This document shows positions 60,134 through 64,000 of a DNA stretch of 64,000 nucleotides, piece after piece (the first letter of the stretch is position 1; every line of letters starts with the position of its first letter). The stretch spans positions 2,528,001 through 2,592,000 of the forward strand of contig CM000207.1 in NCBI GenBank assembly GCA_000002445.1, read 5' to 3'. The position numbers and the translations under genes are program-made. The DNA comes from Trypanosoma brucei (taxonomy: Eukaryota). Below the pieces are notes generated by a model that was not told the origin of the DNA, ran no database searches, and saw only the letters and a program-made list of their open reading frames with translations.

Positions 60134-63100
60134 TCCCTGGTGATGCTGGTCACATCAACGTGGTGCCAGGATCCAGTACCCCGTATCATCGGGTGAAGCC
60201 AAGAGCCAGCAGCGTTCCTTTCATGGGGAACACTGCTGTGCTCTGGCTACGGCATCATACAGCACAGGGATCAGCAGCGTCTTGCTGGGACACCGTTTTT
60301 CATTTGTCGGTCCCTGGGCACGTGGCTAGCGTGCCATCAGCAGTATCATCCGCACTAAGATGCTGCTGTCCGGTGATGTGGAAGAGAATCCCGGCCCGTC
60401 GTTGCGCGGGATGCAGTGGAACTGCGCCGGGCTATCTCAAGGAAAGAGATTAGCACTCCACAAAACCCTTGTTGATGAGCGGATCGCCTTTTGTCTGTTG
60501 AGCGAGACAAGGATGACGCCTGGAGAGGCGGCTTTCTTTAGCGTTGCTGGCTACCAACATCACGGAATAGCTCGTAACTGCAAAGGAGGTGGTGTATCAA
60601 TACTAATGAGGGAGGACCTACCAGTCGAGACCGGTATGGCCGTTGTTGGTCGCATTGAACGAGTGCATGCAACAATTCACCCTGCACGTGGAACGGCGCT
60701 GACTGTCACGTCGGCATACATCCCACCAAAACACACCTTCACGGCAACTGACCTAGATACGCTTCTGACAACTGACGGTGCCCAGCTCATCGGTGCAGAC
60801 GCTAACGCACACGCGTTGGCATGGGATCGCGCGAGCCCACCAAATACCAAGGGTGAAACCCTCACACAGTGGTGCATTGACAACCAGTTTCTGGTATGTA
60901 ACACTGGTGAGTGCACCAGGTACACGCGCCACCACGGGGAGTCCACCCCTGATGTGACACTGTCAAGGAATTTCACAGTGTACACGTGGACATCGCTGTA
61001 TTCTCCCGATAGCGATCACCATAACATATTTTTCGACGTTATCGTTGGAGACGACACAGATGCACTGAGTTGCCCGCGGCTTCGAAAGCCCATGTACGCA
61101 TGGCTAAAAGCTAACTGGAGGAATTTCCGTCTCAAGGTTGACGAGCTCTGCAGGAAAATTGGTAGAGAGAAGAATGTCAACACTCTGGAACAGAAATTGA
61201 GCTCCGCCATCCGCACTGCGACGAATGTCTCCGTCCCCCGTGGCTGCAGAGCAACGCCACCACATTGGACACCTGCGCTCGCGAAAATCGATGAAGAGAT
61301 CGCTGGATGCGCACCCTCCCACCGAAGGGAAAAGTTGGTAGCCACGCGTAAGCAGATCCTGGACCGTACCACAAAGAAGAGATGGAGCACGCTATGCTCC
61401 AGACTTGCGGTGTCAGACTGCTGCAGTTGGCACATTGTCAAGAAGGTATATGCGCCACGACCACTAACCACACTGGCTGTACTTGTTGATAACGCGGCCA
61501 TCACGGACTACCATCAAGCTGAGAGGTTCAGTAAACTGTACTCGTCCCGTGCAAGAAGGCACCCCGACTCACACCCACCGGCACCAATAAAGACGATAGC
61601 GAGTGAGTTCAGCCCCATCACGATGGCTGAACTATGGAGATCGATCAAACTGCTTCCGACCGGATCCGCAGCAGGACCTGATTGCTTATACAACGAGGCA
61701 ATACAACATCTCGGTAGAACAGCGCTGAATGTTGTTCTGAGGCTATTCAATGAGAGCCTACGAACGGGAGTCGTGCCGCGTGCATGGAAGACTGGTGTTA
61801 TCATCCCCATCCTGAAGGCCGGAAAAAAGGCGGAGGACCTCGATTCTTACAGGACTGTGACGCTCACGAGCTGTCTCTGCAAAGTCATGGAACGCATAAT
61901 TGCCGCGAGGCTTAGAGACACTGTTGAGTCCCAGCTGACGCCGCAGCAATCAGGCTTTCGCCCCGGATGCTCAACGCTCGAACAACTCCTGCACGTCCGC
62001 GCTGCCCTCTGCCGCCCTACGCACCAATATCGTACGGGTGCTGTATTCGTTGACTACGAGAAGGCATTCGATACAGTAGACCACGACAAAATTGCGAGGG
62101 GAATGCACAGAATGAAGGTATCACCCCACATTGTGAAGTGGTGCGTATCATTTCTGAGTAACCGAACTGGCAGAGTGAGATTCAAGGAGAAGCTTTCCAG
62201 AAGCAGAACATTTGAGCGAGGAGTGCCACAAGGAACTGTCCTTGGCCCAATCATGTTCATTATTGTCATGAACTCGTTGAGCCAACGCCTTGCAGAAGTG
62301 CCGTTACTGCAGCACGGATTCTTTGCAGACGACCTGACGCTACTTGCGAGGCACACAGAGAGGGATGTCATCAACCACGCACTACAATGCGGCCTCAACG
62401 TGGTGTTACAGTGGTCAAAAGAGTACTTCATGTCTGTCAACGTAGCGAAAACGAAGTGCACACTCTTCGGGTGTATAGAGCGCCACCCCCTTACATTGCA
62501 ACTGGACGGCGAAAGAATAGGAGCTGACAGGATACCGAAGCTTCTAGGAGTAACATTCCAGTGTCAGCAGGGGATGGCAACACATGCGGCCGAAACGAGA
62601 CGCAAGATGGACTTCCGACTACTGCAGATAGTGTCCATCTCAGCTTCTACATGGGGGCCAAGACGACAAGTGCTGAGAGCTTTTTATCTAGCACTCGTAC
62701 AGGCACACACCATGTATGGCATTAAGGTATGGTACTGGGACGCTTCGGAACGAAGTCGTGACCTCCTTGCATCAGCACAACACAAAGCCAGTCGCATCAT
62801 AGCCGGCATACCGCATGGGACGCGCAAAGAGGACTCTCTGCTGGAAGCAAACCTCCTGCCACTCAAGACGGCCACTCTTGTGCACAGCATGAAATTCATG
62901 CTGATGTGTGAGTCACGAGGCGGATGCTTGCGGCGCAGTGCTGAAGAAGCATACCACAGCAAACACCCAGTCAGAGCCCAACATTCCCGCATCATGCGGT
63001 CCTATCCACACCTCCGCATTGAGCCACGCGAGCACCCACTAGAGACACCGACGCTCCGCCACAGCTGCCGACCGCTATTTCACACGCAGATAAAGCCTGT

Positions 63101-64000
63101 GTGCGCTGATGACCCTGACGATGTCAAAAGGGAGGCTTCCGAAAAGTGGATTGAACGGCATTTTTCACGGAGGGGGAAGGAGCTACCGCGGCGAGAGCAC
63201 TACGAATTGTGGACTGATGGATCCGTGTCCCTCGGTGAGAAGTCCGGAGCAGCTGCCCTGCTCTATAGAAACAATACGCTTATTTGTGCACCTAAAACCG
63301 GAGCAGGGGAACTCTCATGCAGTTACAGAGCGGAATGCGTAGCATTAGAGATAGAACTGCAACGGCTGCTGAAATGGCTTCCGGCATACAGAAGCACACC
63401 TAGCAGGTTGTCCATCTTCTCTGACTCGCTGTCAATGTTAACAGCACTGCGGACAGGCCCCCTAGCCGTAACGGACCCAATTCTAAGACGACTATGGAGG
63501 CTTCTGCTTCAAGTTCAGAGAAGGAAGATACGTATCCGACTTCAATTTGTGTTTGGCCATTGTGGCGTGAAACGGAATGAAGTTTGTGATGAGATGGCCA
63601 AAAAGGCCGCTGATTTACCACAGTTGCGAGACACATGGATCCCCGACATCATTGCTTATGCGAAGCGAGTGCTTAAGTCGGAAGAAGTCCATGAGAACAC
63701 TCATAGGTTTGGTATCACGGGCAACCACTTTCCAACAAAGCATAAAGAAGAACTGACGAGGGAAGAAGAAACGGCACTGGCACGCTTTCGGGTTGGGTCT
63801 TCAAGGCACTATGGATGGATGTTGCGAAAGATTAACCCGAGTGTGCCTCCACAGTGCCGATGGTGTAACCCGCAACATGCAGCGATAGGACCAACAATAC
63901 AAACAGCCCCAACTGTTGCGACACGCACTCTTCAAAGAACCTCCGAACCGACCAAATGTACGGAATGTGATGCCACATACCAATGCCGCTCGAGTACTGT
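60134..64000 (+). mobile_element. ingi retrotransposon. Its 5' end begins exactly at the breakpoint in ingi C and it continues past the window end.
   Basis: The 5' sequence ccctggtgatgctggtcacatcaacgtggtgccagg is shared with copy A. The junction at 60133|60134 joins antisense ingi C sequence (…cttccgtgtatcct) to the sense-strand ingi 5' end. Confidence 0.9.
60360..64000 (+). CDS. ingi polyprotein ORF. It starts MLLSGDVEENPGP and runs 1213 codons to the window end with no stop found on hand translation (3'-partial).
   Basis: It is absent from the ORF track only because it runs off the window edge. Manual translation follows the copy A protein throughout. Confidence 0.75.
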   Translation, partial: MLLSGDVEENPGPSLRGMQWNCAGLSQGKRLALHKTLVDERIAFCLLSETRMTPGEAAFFSVAGYQHHGIARNCKGGGVSILMREDLPVETGMAVVGRIERVHATIHPARGTALTVTSAYIPPKHTFTATDLDTLLTTDGAQLIGADANAHALAWDRASPPNTKGETLTQWCIDNQFLVCNTGECTRYTRHHGESTPDVTLSRNFTVYTWTSLYSPDSDHHNIFFDVIVGDDTDALSCPRLRKPMYAWLKANWRNFRLKVDELCRKIGREKNVNTLEQKLSSAIRTATNVSVPRGCRATPPHWTPALAKIDEEIAGCAPSHRREKLVATRKQILDRTTKKRWSTLCSRLAVSDCCSWHIVKKVYAPRPLTTLAVLVDNAAITDYHQAERFSKLYSSRARRHPDSHPPAPIKTIASEFSPITMAELWRSIKLLPTGSAAGPDCLYNEAIQHLGRTALNVVLRLFNESLRTGVVPRAWKTGVIIPILKAGKKAEDLDSYRTVTLTSCLCKVMERIIAARLRDTVESQLTPQQSGFRPGCSTLEQLLHVRAALCRPTHQYRTGAVFVDYEKAFDTVDHDKIARGMHRMKVSPHIVKWCVSFLSNRTGRVRFKEKLSRSRTFERGVPQGTVLGPIMFIIVMNSLSQRLAEVPLLQHGFFADDLTLLARHTERDVINHALQCGLNVVLQWSKEYFMSVNVAKTKCTLFGCIERHPLTLQLDGERIGADRIPKLLGVTFQCQQGMATHAAETRRKMDFRLLQIVSISASTWGPRRQVLRAFYLALVQAHTMYGIKVWYWDASERSRDLLASAQHKASRIIAGIPHGTRKEDSLLEANLLPLKTATLVHSMKFMLMCESRGGCLRRSAEEAYHSKHPVRAQHSRIMRSYPHLRIEPREHPLETPTLRHSCRPLFHTQIKPVCADDPDDVKREASEKWIERHFSRRGKELPRREHYELWTDGSVSLGEKSGAAALLYRNNTLICAPKTGAGELSCSYRAECVALEIELQRLLKWLPAYRSTPSRLSIFSDSLSMLTALRTGPLAVTDPILRRLWRLLLQVQRRKIRIRLQFVFGHCGVKRNEVCDEMAKKAADLPQLRDTWIPDIIAYAKRVLKSEEVHENTHRFGITGNHFPTKHKEELTREEETALARFRVGSSRHYGWMLRKINPSVPPQCRWCNPQHAAIGPTIQTAPTVATRTLQRTSEPTKCTECDATYQCRSST

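Overview
This window looks like a Trypanosoma brucei-group subtelomeric VSG array. It holds about 16 variant surface glycoprotein (VSG) genes or gene fragments, all on the + strand. Most sit in the canonical silent-array cassette: an upstream 70-bp repeat block (TAA/TGA-rich plus the GAGTGTTGTGAGTGTGTG...ATACGAATATTATAATAAGAG core), then 1-3 kb of spacer, then the VSG ORF ending in a GPI-signal C-terminus (FLVNKKFALS... / ...APLLLAFL...), then a 3'UTR with the conserved TGATATATTTTAACAC 16-mer. Only three VSGs (4076-5620, 21081-22598, 41286-42797) read as intact ORFs with both a signal peptide and a GPI signal. The others are pseudogenes or fragments carrying single stops or frameshifts, which is the usual intact-to-pseudogene ratio for the silent VSG archive. 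Four ingi non-LTR retrotransposon copies are interspersed among the VSGs. Copy A (11371-16626, -) is full length with a 1526-aa ORF. Copy B (31499-36636, +) is degenerate, is 3'-truncated onto a 70-bp repeat, and is fused to a VSG N-terminal fragment. Copy C (59062-60133, -) is a 3' fragment. Copy D (60134 to window end, +) starts directly at the break in copy C, and its ORF is open to the window edge. Every copy with its 5' end present carries the conserved 71-72-aa upstream ORF, the TAAGATG stop/start junction and the DVEENPGP 2A-like motif. The window also contains a GT67-like glycosyltransferase gene interrupted by a single in-frame TGA (2812-3912), and two homologous T-rich blocks with degenerate TTAGGG-like hexamers just 3' of two VSGs (42850-43440, 54210-54520). 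Nothing here resembles a prokaryotic defence system. The biological system is the antigenic-variation gene archive and its mobile-element-driven rearrangement. The most informative details are the rearrangement junctions, the recurrent purine-rich block after each 70-bp repeat, and the ingi translational-control module. All calls rest on sequence motifs read by eye, and no database searches were possible.
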